Shown here piece by piece: positions 17,165 through 26,710 of a stretch of 63,964 nucleotides of DNA. The position numbers and the translations under genes were made by a program. Origin of the DNA: Chloroflexota bacterium (GTDB lineage Bacteria > Chloroflexota > Dehalococcoidia > SHYB01); the NCBI GenBank assembly GCA_022572465.1, contig JACZVV010000002.1, forward strand, positions 1 to 63,964. The letters are read 5' to 3'. Positions within the stretch are counted from its first letter, which is position 1; every line of letters begins with the position of its first letter. The notes under the pieces are model-generated. The model was not told the DNA's origin. It ran no database searches and saw nothing but the letters and a program-made list of their open reading frames with translations.

Positions 17165-18166
17165 ATGGCCGTGTCGAGAGTTGTCGAGGAAAGGCCGGCG
17201 CCCAGCGAGCTGTTGGGAACGGAGCCACGTCGCCAGCACGTGTTGGACCTGGACGACTTCAGCGCCGCCGAGATCGAGCAGACCCTGGAGACCGCCGATG
17301 CGATGGCCGAGGTCTTGGGCCGGCAGATTCGCAAGGTGCCGACCCTGCGAGGCCGGACGATCGTGACGTTGTTCTACGAGCCCAGCACTCGCACCCGGGC
17401 GTCGTTCGAGCAGGCGGGCAAGATCCTGAGCGCCGACGTCATCAACCTCACCAGCTCCGAGAGCAGCAGTCGCAAGGGCGAGTCGCTGGTTGACACCGCC
17501 CGCACGTTGGAGGCGATGGGCGCCGACATCATCGTGCTGCGCCACAGCATGTCCGGCGCGCCGTACCTGGTGGCTCGCCACACCTCGATCAGCGTCATCA
17601 ACGCCGGCGACGGCTGGCACGCGCACCCCACCCAGGCGTTGCTGGACCTGCACACCATCAAGCAGCGGTTCAAGAGAATCCAGGGGCTGAAGGTCGTCAT
17701 CGTCGGCGACATCCTCCATAGCAGAGTGGCCCGCTCCAACGTCTGGGGGCTGCGCACCATGGGCGCCGACGTCACCCTTTGCGGACCGCCCACGTTGCTT
17801 CCAACCGATGTCCTGGAGGCCTTCGGGAAGGCTCCAGGAGGCCTCGCTATCGAGACGGACCTGGACACGGCCCTGGATGGCGCGGACGTGGTCATGGCGC
17901 TGCGAATTCAGCACGAGCGCCAAACGGCCGGGCTGCTGCCCAGCGTGCGCGAGTACATCCGGTGCTACCAGGTCAACGAAGAGCGGATGGGCAGAGCCAA
18001 GGAGACGGCCCTCGTCATGCATCCCGGCCCGATGAACGACGGCGTGGAGATCAGCCACGGCCTGGCTCACGGGGCGCGGTCCTTGGTGGAGTCTCAGGTG
18101 ACCAACGGAGTAGCCGTCCGTATGGCGCTGCTCTATATGCTGGCCTCGCCGGGGGTGGAATCGTGA
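17165..18166 (+). CDS. pyrB: Aspartate carbamoyltransferase catalytic subunit
   Basis: TLFYEPSTRTRASFE, HPTQALLD and HPGPMN motifs. ATG 17165 follows GGGGAGG (ORF track starts at TTG 17159). Confidence 0.95.
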   Translation: MAVSRVVEERPAPSELLGTEPRRQHVLDLDDFSAAEIEQTLETADAMAEVLGRQIRKVPTLRGRTIVTLFYEPSTRTRASFEQAGKILSADVINLTSSESSSRKGESLVDTARTLEAMGADIIVLRHSMSGAPYLVARHTSISVINAGDGWHAHPTQALLDLHTIKQRFKRIQGLKVVIVGDILHSRVARSNVWGLRTMGADVTLCGPPTLLPTDVLEAFGKAPGGLAIETDLDTALDGADVVMALRIQHERQTAGLLPSVREYIRCYQVNEERMGRAKETALVMHPGPMNDGVEISHGLAHGARSLVESQVTNGVAVRMALLYMLASPGVES

Positions 18167-19533
18167 GCGCGTCGCTGCTCATCCGCGGCGGACGGATCGT
18201 GGATCCAGCCAACGGTATCGATGCGGTGGGCGACCTGCTGGTGCGAGATGGGCGCGTAGCGGCCGTCGATACCAGCGGAGGGCTCAACGCGCCGGAGGGG
18301 ACGCCCGAGTTGGACGCCCGGGGCCTGGTGGTCGCGCCGGGGTTCGTCGATCTCCACTGCCACCTCCGCGAACCGGGCTTCGAGGAGAAGGAGACGATCG
18401 CCACGGGGACGCGGGCGGCGGCGCGAGGCGGTTTCACGACCGTCTGCTGCATGCCCAACACGCACCCGGCCATCGACACCAGGGCCACGGTCGAATTCAT
18501 CCTGGGCCAGGCGCGAGCCGAAGGCGCCGTTCGTGTCCTGCCCGTGGGCGCGGTGACGATCGAGCGGGCGGGGCGCGAGCTGGTGGATATGAGCGAGCTG
18601 GCCGAGGCCGGCGTGGTGGCCTTTTCCGACGACGGCATGCCCGTGGCCGACGCGCACCTGATGCGCAGCGCTCTCGCCTTGAGCCGCGTCCTGGGCCTGC
18701 CGGTGATGGACCACTGCGAGGACCAATCGCTGGCGAGGGGCGTCATGCACGAGGGCCGCGTGGCGACGGCCCTGGGCCTGGGCGGCAATCCCGCGGCTGC
18801 CGAGGACACGATGGTTGCTCGAGACATTTTCCTCGCCGAGCTCACCGGCGGCCACGTCCACATCGCCCATCTGAGCACCAAAGGCGCGGTGGACCTGGTG
18901 AGGCAGGCCAAGGAGCGGGGCCTGGCGGTGACCGCCGAGGTCACGCCGCATCACCTGACCCTGACTGACGAGACGATCGCCGGCCGAAAGGGCCTCGACG
19001 GCGGAAGGCACGATGGCTTGGCGGCCGGCAACGCCTACGACTCCAACGCCAAGGTGAACCCGCCGCTGCGCTCCCAGGACCACGTGGACGCGTTGGTGGC
19101 CGGGCTGCGAAACGGAGTGATCGACGCCATCGCAACCGACCATGCGCCCCATACGGTGGTGGACAAGCTTTGCGAGTTCGACCTCGCTGAGTTCGGGATC
19201 AGCGGCTTCGAAACGGCTCTGGGCAACGTCCTGGCCCTGGTCCACGACGGACGCATTGGGCTTCCCGCCCTCGTCGAGCGGCTTACGTGGGGGCCGGCGC
19301 GGATCATCGATGTCGGGCGCACCGGAATCGGCACGCTGGGCGTGGGGGCGCCGGGCGACGTGGTCCTCTTCGATCTCGATCAGGAGTGGGTCGTCGACGC
19401 CGAGTCCTTCGCTTCTAAGGGAAAGAACACCCCGCTGGACGGCCGGCGGCTGAAGGGGCAGGTGGTGGCGACGGTGGTCGGGGGGTCGGTGGCGCATGCG
19501 GCGCGCGACACGGTGATGGCCCATGGCCGGTAA
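18163..19533 (+). CDS. pyrC: Dihydroorotase
   Basis: GTG 18163 overlaps the pyrB stop (GTGA). FVDLHCHLREPG and ATDHAPH motifs. The first 128 codons of ORF 17779..19533 overlap pyrB out of frame and were rejected. Confidence 0.9.
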   Translation: MSASLLIRGGRIVDPANGIDAVGDLLVRDGRVAAVDTSGGLNAPEGTPELDARGLVVAPGFVDLHCHLREPGFEEKETIATGTRAAARGGFTTVCCMPNTHPAIDTRATVEFILGQARAEGAVRVLPVGAVTIERAGRELVDMSELAEAGVVAFSDDGMPVADAHLMRSALALSRVLGLPVMDHCEDQSLARGVMHEGRVATALGLGGNPAAAEDTMVARDIFLAELTGGHVHIAHLSTKGAVDLVRQAKERGLAVTAEVTPHHLTLTDETIAGRKGLDGGRHDGLAAGNAYDSNAKVNPPLRSQDHVDALVAGLRNGVIDAIATDHAPHTVVDKLCEFDLAEFGISGFETALGNVLALVHDGRIGLPALVERLTWGPARIIDVGRTGIGTLGVGAPGDVVLFDLDQEWVVDAESFASKGKNTPLDGRRLKGQVVATVVGGSVAHAARDTVMAHGR

Positions 19534-20623
19534 GGCGCTCCTGGTCCTGGAAGACGGGACGGTGTTCCAGGGAAAGTCCTTTGGCGCGGCCTCCACGTCG
19601 TTCGGCGAAGTGGTGTTCAACACCAGCATGACCGGTTACCAGGAGATGCTGACGGACCCTTCCTACGCGGGCCAGATCGTGATGCCCACCTACCCGCTCA
19701 TCGGGAACTATGGCATCAACGACGAGGACTTCGAGTCGGCGAAGGTCCAGGTAAGCGGGTTCGTGGTGCGCGAGCATTGCGAGCTGCCGAGCCACTGGCA
19801 GAGCACGCGAACGCTGCATCAGTTCCTGGAGTCCCAGGGGATTCCCGCCATCAGCGGCATCGATACCAGGGCGTTGACGCGACGCCTGCGGAGCCGCGGC
19901 GTGATGATGGGCGTGGTCACCTCAAGCTACGCGCCCGGCGAGGCGCTGGAATTTTTGAAGCGTCAGCCTGCCTACGGCGACGTGGACCTGGTGCAGCAGG
20001 TCACCGCTCCGGAGGCTTACGACTGGGACGGAGCTCCAGCCGGCGGGGACCGGCCGACTCGCTGGGACGTCACGCTGATCGACCTGGGCCTGAAGTACAA
20101 CGTCGCGCGTATTCTGCATGCCAAGGGCTGCCGGGTCACGGTGGTCCCGGCGAGGACGTCGCCCGAGGAGGTGCTCGCCGCCGCGCCCGATGGCGTAGTC
20201 CTGTCGCCGGGGCCCGGCGATCCGGCCTTGCTGGAGTACATGACGGCCACGGCCAAGGGACTCGTCGGGCGCGTCCCGGTTATGGGCATCTGCCTGGGAC
20301 ACCAGGTGCTGGCCCACGCCCTGGGCTGCAAGACGTACAAGCTGAAGTTCGGGCATCGCGGCGGCAACCACCCGGTGAGAGACCTGGCCACGGGGCGAAT
20401 CCAGATCACGGCTCAGAACCACGGCTACGCGGTCGACCCCGACAGCCTGCCGCCGGAGGTGACGGTCAGCCACGTCAACCTGAACGACGGCACGGTGGAG
20501 GGCATCCGCCACCGAAGCCTGCCGCTGCTTTCGATCCAATACCATTCGGAAGCGTCGCCGGGGCCGATGGACAACGTGGCGATGTTCGACCGGTTTCTGG
20601 ATATGGTCGGCGAGGCGAGATGA
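19523..20623 (+). CDS. carA: Carbamoyl-phosphate synthase small (glutaminase) subunit
   Basis: N-terminus ALLVLEDGTVFQGKSFG, GATase motif GICLGHQ, HRGGNHPV; overlaps pyrC by 11 nt. Confidence 0.95.
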   Translation: MAGKALLVLEDGTVFQGKSFGAASTSFGEVVFNTSMTGYQEMLTDPSYAGQIVMPTYPLIGNYGINDEDFESAKVQVSGFVVREHCELPSHWQSTRTLHQFLESQGIPAISGIDTRALTRRLRSRGVMMGVVTSSYAPGEALEFLKRQPAYGDVDLVQQVTAPEAYDWDGAPAGGDRPTRWDVTLIDLGLKYNVARILHAKGCRVTVVPARTSPEEVLAAAPDGVVLSPGPGDPALLEYMTATAKGLVGRVPVMGICLGHQVLAHALGCKTYKLKFGHRGGNHPVRDLATGRIQITAQNHGYAVDPDSLPPEVTVSHVNLNDGTVEGIRHRSLPLLSIQYHSEASPGPMDNVAMFDRFLDMVGEAR

Positions 20624-20648
20624 GAAGAAGTTTCCGCAAGTTGCGCAG

Positions 20649-21386
20649 ATGAGGGGACGGCGGACCGTTCGGATGGATGATTCCGACAACAGCCCAGCAG
20701 TTCAGCGGATAGCCATCGCCAAGGCCGGGGCCACCGAGGAGCAGTACATCTGGTTCCGGGACCTGGCCGATCGGGCCTACAACTGCCGCCGGTGCCCGCG
20801 GATGGAGCCCAACTCCGCGGTGCTGGGGCCGCTCAACGGACGGATCGAGGCCAGGGTGTTCGTCGTCGGCGAGGCGCCCGGCCGGTTCGGCTCGGCCGTC
20901 ACCCGCGTTCCGTTCCACGGCGACCGCAGCGGCGAGAACTTCACCAAGCTGCTCGAGCATGCCGGTCTGCGGCGGGAGGACCTCTTCATCGCCAACGCGG
21001 TCCAATGCAACCCCAAGGACGAGCAGGGACGCAACGACCGTCCCACGGCCCGCGAGATCCACAACTGCTCCGAGTACGTGCGGGAGCTGCTGGACATCGT
21101 CCAGCCGGTGTACGTGGTGACGTTGGGGCAGAAAGCGCTGGATGGGCTCCACGTGATCGAGCCGCATGCCATCGTGCTGAAGGACGACGTCGCGAAGGCG
21201 GTCCCGTGGCGCGGCTTGAAGGTGGTGGCGCTGTACCACCCCAGCGGCCGGGCGATGGCCCGGCGTCCGATCCAGCGCCAGGCCGAGGACTACCGGCGTT
21301 TGGGCGTCATCCTGCGCACCGACCCGGACCTGCGCGAGCCGGCCGAGGCGCCGGCGGTGAATCGGACGGACGATGAACAAACCTGA
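20649..21386 (+). CDS. Uracil-DNA glycosylase, family 4-like (Fe-S type)
   Basis: CRRCPRM, VFVVGEAPGRFGSAVTRVPFHGDRSGENF (GEAPG motif A), ALYHPSG (HPS motif B). The stop overlaps the carB start by 14 nt. Confidence 0.8.
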   Translation: MRGRRTVRMDDSDNSPAVQRIAIAKAGATEEQYIWFRDLADRAYNCRRCPRMEPNSAVLGPLNGRIEARVFVVGEAPGRFGSAVTRVPFHGDRSGENFTKLLEHAGLRREDLFIANAVQCNPKDEQGRNDRPTAREIHNCSEYVRELLDIVQPVYVVTLGQKALDGLHVIEPHAIVLKDDVAKAVPWRGLKVVALYHPSGRAMARRPIQRQAEDYRRLGVILRTDPDLREPAEAPAVNRTDDEQT

Positions 21387-24300
21387 GAAAGTGCTGGTCA
21401 TCGGTTCGGGGCCCATCGTCATCGGGCAGGCGGCCGAGTTCGACTACGCGGGCACCCAGGCGTGCAAGGCCCTGCGGGAGGAGGGCGTCGTCTCCGTTCT
21501 GGTCAACTCCAACCCGGCCACCATCATGACCGACCAGGGCATCGCCGACATCGTGTATATCGAGCCGCTGACCGTCGAGGTGCTGGAGCGGGTGATCAAG
21601 CGCGAGCGGCCCGATGGCCTGATCCCGACGTTGGGAGGCCAGACCGCTCTGAACCTTGCGGTGGAGTTGGCCCAGGCCGGCGTCCTGGATCGATACGAGG
21701 TCCGGCTCCTGGGCACGCCGTTGGAGAGCATCCGCACCGCCGAGGACCGCGAGCTTTTCAAGGCGATGCTGGAGGGCATCGGCGAGCCGGTGGTGGAGGG
21801 CGATACCGCGAAGACGCTGGAGCAGGCCGAGGGCGTCGCGCGACGGATCGGGCTCCCCGCGGTGATCCGGCCGGCCTATACGCTCGGCGGGACCGGCGGC
21901 GGCATCGCCGAAACATGGGAGGAGTTTCGCCGCATTGCCGGTGGCGGGCTGGCGGTGAGCCCCATCCATCAGATTTTGATCGAGCGCAGCCTGGTGGGCT
22001 GGAAGGAGATCGAGTACGAGGTGATGCGCGACAGCGCCGACACCTGCATCACGATCTGCAACATGGAAAACATGGACCCGATGGGAGTCCACACGGGCGA
22101 CAGCATCGTCGTGGCGCCTAGCCAGACGCTGACGGACCACGAGTACCATATGCTGCGGTCGGCGAGCTTGAAGATCATCCGCGCCCTGGGAATCGAGGGC
22201 GGTTGCAATATCCAATACGCCCTGGCGCCGCACCCGGCCGTGGGAGCGCCCCGCGTTCCCGACGGGCGCTCGTACTACATCATCGAGGTCAACCCGAGGG
22301 TGAGCCGCAGCTCGGCGTTGGCCAGCAAGGCCACCGGCTATCCGATCGCCCGGGTCTCGACCAAGATCGCCGTCGGCAAGCGGCTGGACGAGATCCCCAA
22401 CGCGGTGACCCGCAAGACGTCCTCGGCGTTCGAGCCGGCCATGGACTACTGCGTCGTCAAGATCCCTCGCTGGCCTTTCGACAAGTTTGCCACCGCCGAC
22501 CGTACCGTGGGCACGCAGATGAAGGCCACCGGCGAGGTCATGGCCATCGACCGGTCGTTCGAGGGGTCGCTGCAAAAGGCGGTCCAGTCTCTGGATACGG
22601 GCGCCAAATCGATTCTCTGGGAGGACCCGGCGTGGCTTAGCGAGGGTCAGTTCGACGTCGACCGGCTGCCGTTGTATCCCAACGACATGCGGTTGTGGGC
22701 TCTCCTGGCGGCGCTGCGCCGGAACGTGCCGGTGGAAGAGCTGTCGCGGCGCACGGGGATCGACCCCTGGTTCTGCTCCAAGCTGGACGCGATCGTGGCC
22801 ATGGAGCGACGGCTGCTGGCCGAGACGGTCGGCCCCGACCTGCTGCTCGAGGCCAAACGGATGGGTTTTCCCGACGAAACGATCGCGACGCTGGCCGATC
22901 GGCTTCCGGAGCAGATTCGCACGCTACGCCGGGAGTGGGGCATCCTGCCGGTGTACAAGATGGTCGACACCTGCGCCGCGGAGTTCGCCGCCGAGACGCC
23001 CTATTTCTACAGCACGTATGAGCAGGAGAATGAGGCCAAGGCCGACGGCGGTCCCAAGGCCGTGATCATCGGCAGCGGCCCCATCCGCATCGGGCAGGGG
23101 ATCGAGTTCGACTATTGCAGCGTCCACGCCGCCCAGGCCCTCCAGGCGAACGGCGTGAAGAGCATCATGATCAACTCCAACCCCGAGACGGTCTCGACCG
23201 ACTTCGATGCCAGCGACCGGCTCTATTTCGAGCCTTTGGACGAAGAGAAGGTGCGGGACATCGTGGAGAACGAGTCGTTCAGGGACTCGTCGGGCAAGGA
23301 GACGCTGCCGCCAACGTGCGTCCAGTTCGGAGGCCAGACGGCGGTCAACATGGCCACGTCGCTGGCCCGGACCGGCCTTCCGATCCTGGGCTCCGGCGCC
23401 GAGACGCTGGACCTGGCCGAGGACCGGGGGCGCTTCGAGGACTTCTTGAACCGCCTGGGCATTCCGCAGCCGCCGGGCGCGGCCACCGCCGATGTCCAGG
23501 AGGCGTTGAACGTCGCCAAGCTCATCGGTTACCCGGCCCTGGTGCGGCCCAGCTACGTCCTTGGCGGACGGGCGATGGAGATCGTGCACAACGCCACCGA
23601 GCTGGTGCGGTATATGCAGATCGCCCTGGAGGTGAGTGGAGGGCGTCCGATTCTGATCGACAAGTACTTGGAGGGCAAGGAGGTCGAGGTCGACGCCGTC
23701 TGCGACGGTCGGAGCGTCTACATTCCGGGCATCATGGAGCACATCGAGCGGGCGGGGGTCCACAGCGGCGACGCGATGTGCGTGTATCCCGCCGTGACGC
23801 TGACCGGCGCCGAGGTCGACACTATCGTCGAGTACACCGAACGAATCGGCGTGGGGATGGATTTCAAGGGGCTGATGAACGTCCAGTTCGTGATCATGCC
23901 CAGCCGGGATAACGGCGAGCCGGCGGTCTATATCATCGAGGTCAATCCCCGCTCGAGCCGCACCGTCCCGTTCATCTCCAAGGTGACCGGCGTCCCGCTG
24001 GTCAAGATGGCCACCGAGGTGATGCTGGGCAAGAGCCTGGCGGAACAGGGCTACGAAGGGCCGCTGCACCCGCGGATGCCGCTGGTGGCGGTGAAGGCGC
24101 CGGTCTTCTCCATGTCCAAGCTGGCGGGCGTCGACACCTATCTTGGCCCCGAGATGAAGTCTACCGGCGAGGTGATGGGCATCGACCGGACCCTGGACGG
24201 CGCTCTGGCCAAAGCGCTGATCGCGTCGGGAATGATGTTGCCTCCCACAGGCGGCGTACTGCTCAGCGTTGCCGACCGGGACAAGCCCGAGGCGATGCCG

Positions 24301-24699
24301 TTGATCCGCCAGCTGGCCGACCAGGGGTACGAGCTCTACGCCACGGAAGGGACGGCGGCGACCATCGAGAGCATGGGGATCAAGGCGACGCTCACGACCA
24401 AGAAGCTAGGGGAGGGTCACCCTAACGTGGTGGACGTGATCGAGGACGGCACGGTCCAGGCGGTGATCAACACCATCTCGGGCGGCCGGGGGCCGTTGCG
24501 GGACGGCTTTCACATTCGAAGGGCCGCGGTGGAGCGCCGCATCCCCTGCTTCACGTCGCTGGACACCGCCTCGGCGGCCGTGCGCTCGGTCGTCAGGGGC
24601 GCCGGTTCGTATAACGTGCTGTCGATGCCCGAATACCTCGCGGCGGCTGAGGTGGCTGAGCCACATCGGAATTTCCGGCCTCAAGTCGCTAGTGACTGA
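21373..24699 (+). CDS. carB: Carbamoyl-phosphate synthase large subunit
   Basis: 1108 aa. Duplicated ATP-grasp halves begin KVLVIGSGPIVIGQAAEFDYAGTQA and KAVIIGSGPIRIGQGIEFDYC; MGS-like C-terminus. The last ~16 codons are encoded by a dispersed-repeat copy. Confidence 0.97.
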   Translation: MNKPEKVLVIGSGPIVIGQAAEFDYAGTQACKALREEGVVSVLVNSNPATIMTDQGIADIVYIEPLTVEVLERVIKRERPDGLIPTLGGQTALNLAVELAQAGVLDRYEVRLLGTPLESIRTAEDRELFKAMLEGIGEPVVEGDTAKTLEQAEGVARRIGLPAVIRPAYTLGGTGGGIAETWEEFRRIAGGGLAVSPIHQILIERSLVGWKEIEYEVMRDSADTCITICNMENMDPMGVHTGDSIVVAPSQTLTDHEYHMLRSASLKIIRALGIEGGCNIQYALAPHPAVGAPRVPDGRSYYIIEVNPRVSRSSALASKATGYPIARVSTKIAVGKRLDEIPNAVTRKTSSAFEPAMDYCVVKIPRWPFDKFATADRTVGTQMKATGEVMAIDRSFEGSLQKAVQSLDTGAKSILWEDPAWLSEGQFDVDRLPLYPNDMRLWALLAALRRNVPVEELSRRTGIDPWFCSKLDAIVAMERRLLAETVGPDLLLEAKRMGFPDETIATLADRLPEQIRTLRREWGILPVYKMVDTCAAEFAAETPYFYSTYEQENEAKADGGPKAVIIGSGPIRIGQGIEFDYCSVHAAQALQANGVKSIMINSNPETVSTDFDASDRLYFEPLDEEKVRDIVENESFRDSSGKETLPPTCVQFGGQTAVNMATSLARTGLPILGSGAETLDLAEDRGRFEDFLNRLGIPQPPGAATADVQEALNVAKLIGYPALVRPSYVLGGRAMEIVHNATELVRYMQIALEVSGGRPILIDKYLEGKEVEVDAVCDGRSVYIPGIMEHIERAGVHSGDAMCVYPAVTLTGAEVDTIVEYTERIGVGMDFKGLMNVQFVIMPSRDNGEPAVYIIEVNPRSSRTVPFISKVTGVPLVKMATEVMLGKSLAEQGYEGPLHPRMPLVAVKAPVFSMSKLAGVDTYLGPEMKSTGEVMGIDRTLDGALAKALIASGMMLPPTGGVLLSVADRDKPEAMPLIRQLADQGYELYATEGTAATIESMGIKATLTTKKLGEGHPNVVDVIEDGTVQAVINTISGGRGPLRDGFHIRRAAVERRIPCFTSLDTASAAVRSVVRGAGSYNVLSMPEYLAAAEVAEPHRNFRPQVASD

Positions 24700-24743
24700 G
24701 CCACATCAGCATTCCGGGCCTAATATTGCCGCGGCTCAGCCGC
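24654..24743. repeat. Cluster of three dispersed-repeat copies (two reverse, one forward partial) between convergent carB and the SDR gene
   Basis: GGCTGAGCCACATCGGAATTTCCGGCC and CTGAGCCACATCAGCATTCCGGGCC are reverse complements of the GGCCGGAAAT-NN-(T)GATG-YGGCTCAGCC core. They are followed by AATATTGCCGCGGCTCAGCCGC in forward orientation. Confidence 0.65.
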
Positions 24744-25642
24744 TAGTAGAGCTCGCGCAGCTCGGGTATCTCGAACTTGGGCATCACCTGGGCCAGCTCG
24801 TCGGGCGTCCAACGGCCGTCTTTGAACGCGGTCTTGGTTACCGTCAGCGGTTGGAACAGGCCCACCGACCCGCCCTGGACGAAGAAGTATTGCCCGTTGA
24901 TGGCGCCCGCCTCTTCGGTGCAGAGGAAGGCCACCATCACCGCGACATCCTCGGGCTCCTGAGCTACCGATAGCATGCGCTCGGCCCGATCGGCGTCGAG
25001 GCCTCGCTCCTTGGCGCGGTCGATCGATTCGGTGACCATGCGCGTCAACGCCGCGGAGGGGTTGACGCCGTTGACGGTGATGCCGAAGGGCGCCAGGTCG
25101 CGGCACACGACGTTGGTGAAGCCGAAGATGCCGCCTTTGCCCGCGCCGTAGGGCGCCGCGCCGGGGCTGCCCCAGAGGCCCGCTCGCGACACCATGTTGA
25201 CGATCCGGCCATACCCTTGCTCTTTCATGGGCCCGGCGGCGTGCCGGGTGCAGTTGAAGGTTCCGAACAGGTGCACGCCGACCACGGACGCAAAGATCTC
25301 GGGGTCCAGCTCGTGAATCGGCGCGCCGGCGGTGGTGCCCGCGTTGTTGACCAGGATGTCGATCTTGCCGAACTCTTTGATGGCGGTGCCGATGATCCTC
25401 CCGGCGGCGTCGAAGTCGGAGACGGAATCGAGGTTGGCCACGGCCTTGCCGCCGTTGGCCTTAATTTCGTTGGCAACCTCGTTGGCCGGCGCGGCGTCGC
25501 TCCCGGTGCCTTCGGTGGTCACGCCCAGGTCGTTGACCACCACGCTGGCCCCCATCTCGGCGAGCTTCAAGGCGACGGCGCGGCCGATGCCCCGGCCCCC
25601 GCCGGTCACGACGGCCACTCGATTGTCCAGGTTCAGGCTCAT
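24743..25642 (-). CDS. Short-chain dehydrogenase/reductase (SDR)
   Basis: VAVVTGGGRGIGRAVA (TGxxxGxG) and YGAGK (YxxxK); 299 aa. Confidence 0.85.
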   Translation of the reverse strand: MSLNLDNRVAVVTGGGRGIGRAVALKLAEMGASVVVNDLGVTTEGTGSDAAPANEVANEIKANGGKAVANLDSVSDFDAAGRIIGTAIKEFGKIDILVNNAGTTAGAPIHELDPEIFASVVGVHLFGTFNCTRHAAGPMKEQGYGRIVNMVSRAGLWGSPGAAPYGAGKGGIFGFTNVVCRDLAPFGITVNGVNPSAALTRMVTESIDRAKERGLDADRAERMLSVAQEPEDVAVMVAFLCTEEAGAINGQYFFVQGGSVGLFQPLTVTKTAFKDGRWTPDELAQVMPKFEIPELRELY

Positions 25643-25663
25643 CGGCAGACCTCCGTTCCTTCG

Positions 25664-26626
25664 CTAACCGCCCTCGAAGTAGCGGCGGGGGTTGTCGACC
25701 AGCATCGTGTTCAGCGTGTCGCTGGTGATTCCCGTGGCCTTCAGCTTCGGCAAGAACTCCCGGAGCAGGTAGGTGTAGCTTCGCTTCTTGGCCACTTCAG
25801 GATCGCTCATCATCGTCATTCGCATGCCGTGCATACAGCCGACGTGGTCGTGGGAAAGCACGATCCGCTCGGTGAACCCCATGGCCACCAGGGCGGCGAC
25901 GACGCCCACCTTGGCTTCGTCGCTGACGTGCCCTTCCAGGCCAACGCGGTCGAAGCCCACGTACGCGCCTCGGGTGAGGATGTTGCGAAGGTAGTCCAGA
26001 TTGGCGCTGTCGCTGCAATGGCCCACGGTGACGTAACGAAGGTCGATCCCCTCTCCCTCGAAGATGTCCAACTGGTCCGGGCCCATGGTGCCGTCGGTGG
26101 TATGGGTGGTGATGGGGACGCCGGTGGCCTTGTGGGCGCGCGCGGCGGCCTGGAGCACCTTGCGCTCGTTATCGGTGACGAGGCCGGGGCCGGTGGCGCA
26201 CTTGATCACGCCGGGTCTGATGTGGTCCGGCCCAATGCCATCGGTGATCTCTTTGATGAAGATGCCGGCCAGGTCGTCGACGGATTTCATCTTGAAGTAG
26301 GGCGGCAGTCCGGAGAAGGTGCCCTGCTCATGATAGAGGCCGGTGGCGCAGACGATGTTGACGCCGGAGGCCTCGGAGACGTCTCTCATGAAATCGACCT
26401 TGCGGCCGAGCTCGATGGGGATCGGGTCGATGATGCTGGAGATGCCCGCGGCGCGGAGCTCTTTCATGTCGCCAATCAGGCTCAAGAGCTGGCCCTCCCG
26501 GTCGAACGGAAGGGTGGTGTCGTACTCGACGCCCATGGGCGAGGCCAGCAGGTGCTCGTGGGTCAGCATGCCGCCGAGGTCGGCGGTGGAGATGGGCCCG
26601 AGGACGGTGTTGATCGTCGCGGCCAT
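25664..26626 (-). CDS. Phosphotriesterase-family (PTE/PHP) amidohydrolase
   Basis: ATG 26626 follows GAAGGAGG (M10 of ORF 25664..26653). GMLTHEHLL (HxH), VTVGHCSD and LSHDH blocks typical of PTE-like lactonases/hydrolases. Confidence 0.75.
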   Translation of the reverse strand: MAATINTVLGPISTADLGGMLTHEHLLASPMGVEYDTTLPFDREGQLLSLIGDMKELRAAGISSIIDPIPIELGRKVDFMRDVSEASGVNIVCATGLYHEQGTFSGLPPYFKMKSVDDLAGIFIKEITDGIGPDHIRPGVIKCATGPGLVTDNERKVLQAAARAHKATGVPITTHTTDGTMGPDQLDIFEGEGIDLRYVTVGHCSDSANLDYLRNILTRGAYVGFDRVGLEGHVSDEAKVGVVAALVAMGFTERIVLSHDHVGCMHGMRMTMMSDPEVAKKRSYTYLLREFLPKLKATGITSDTLNTMLVDNPRRYFEGG

Positions 26627-26710
26627 GGCGCCTCCTTCAGGGGTGGGCCTCAATCAACGAGGGCGCCCCGGGACGAGGCGCCGCCTGGAGCTCCCCCGCG
26701 GATGGAGTCG

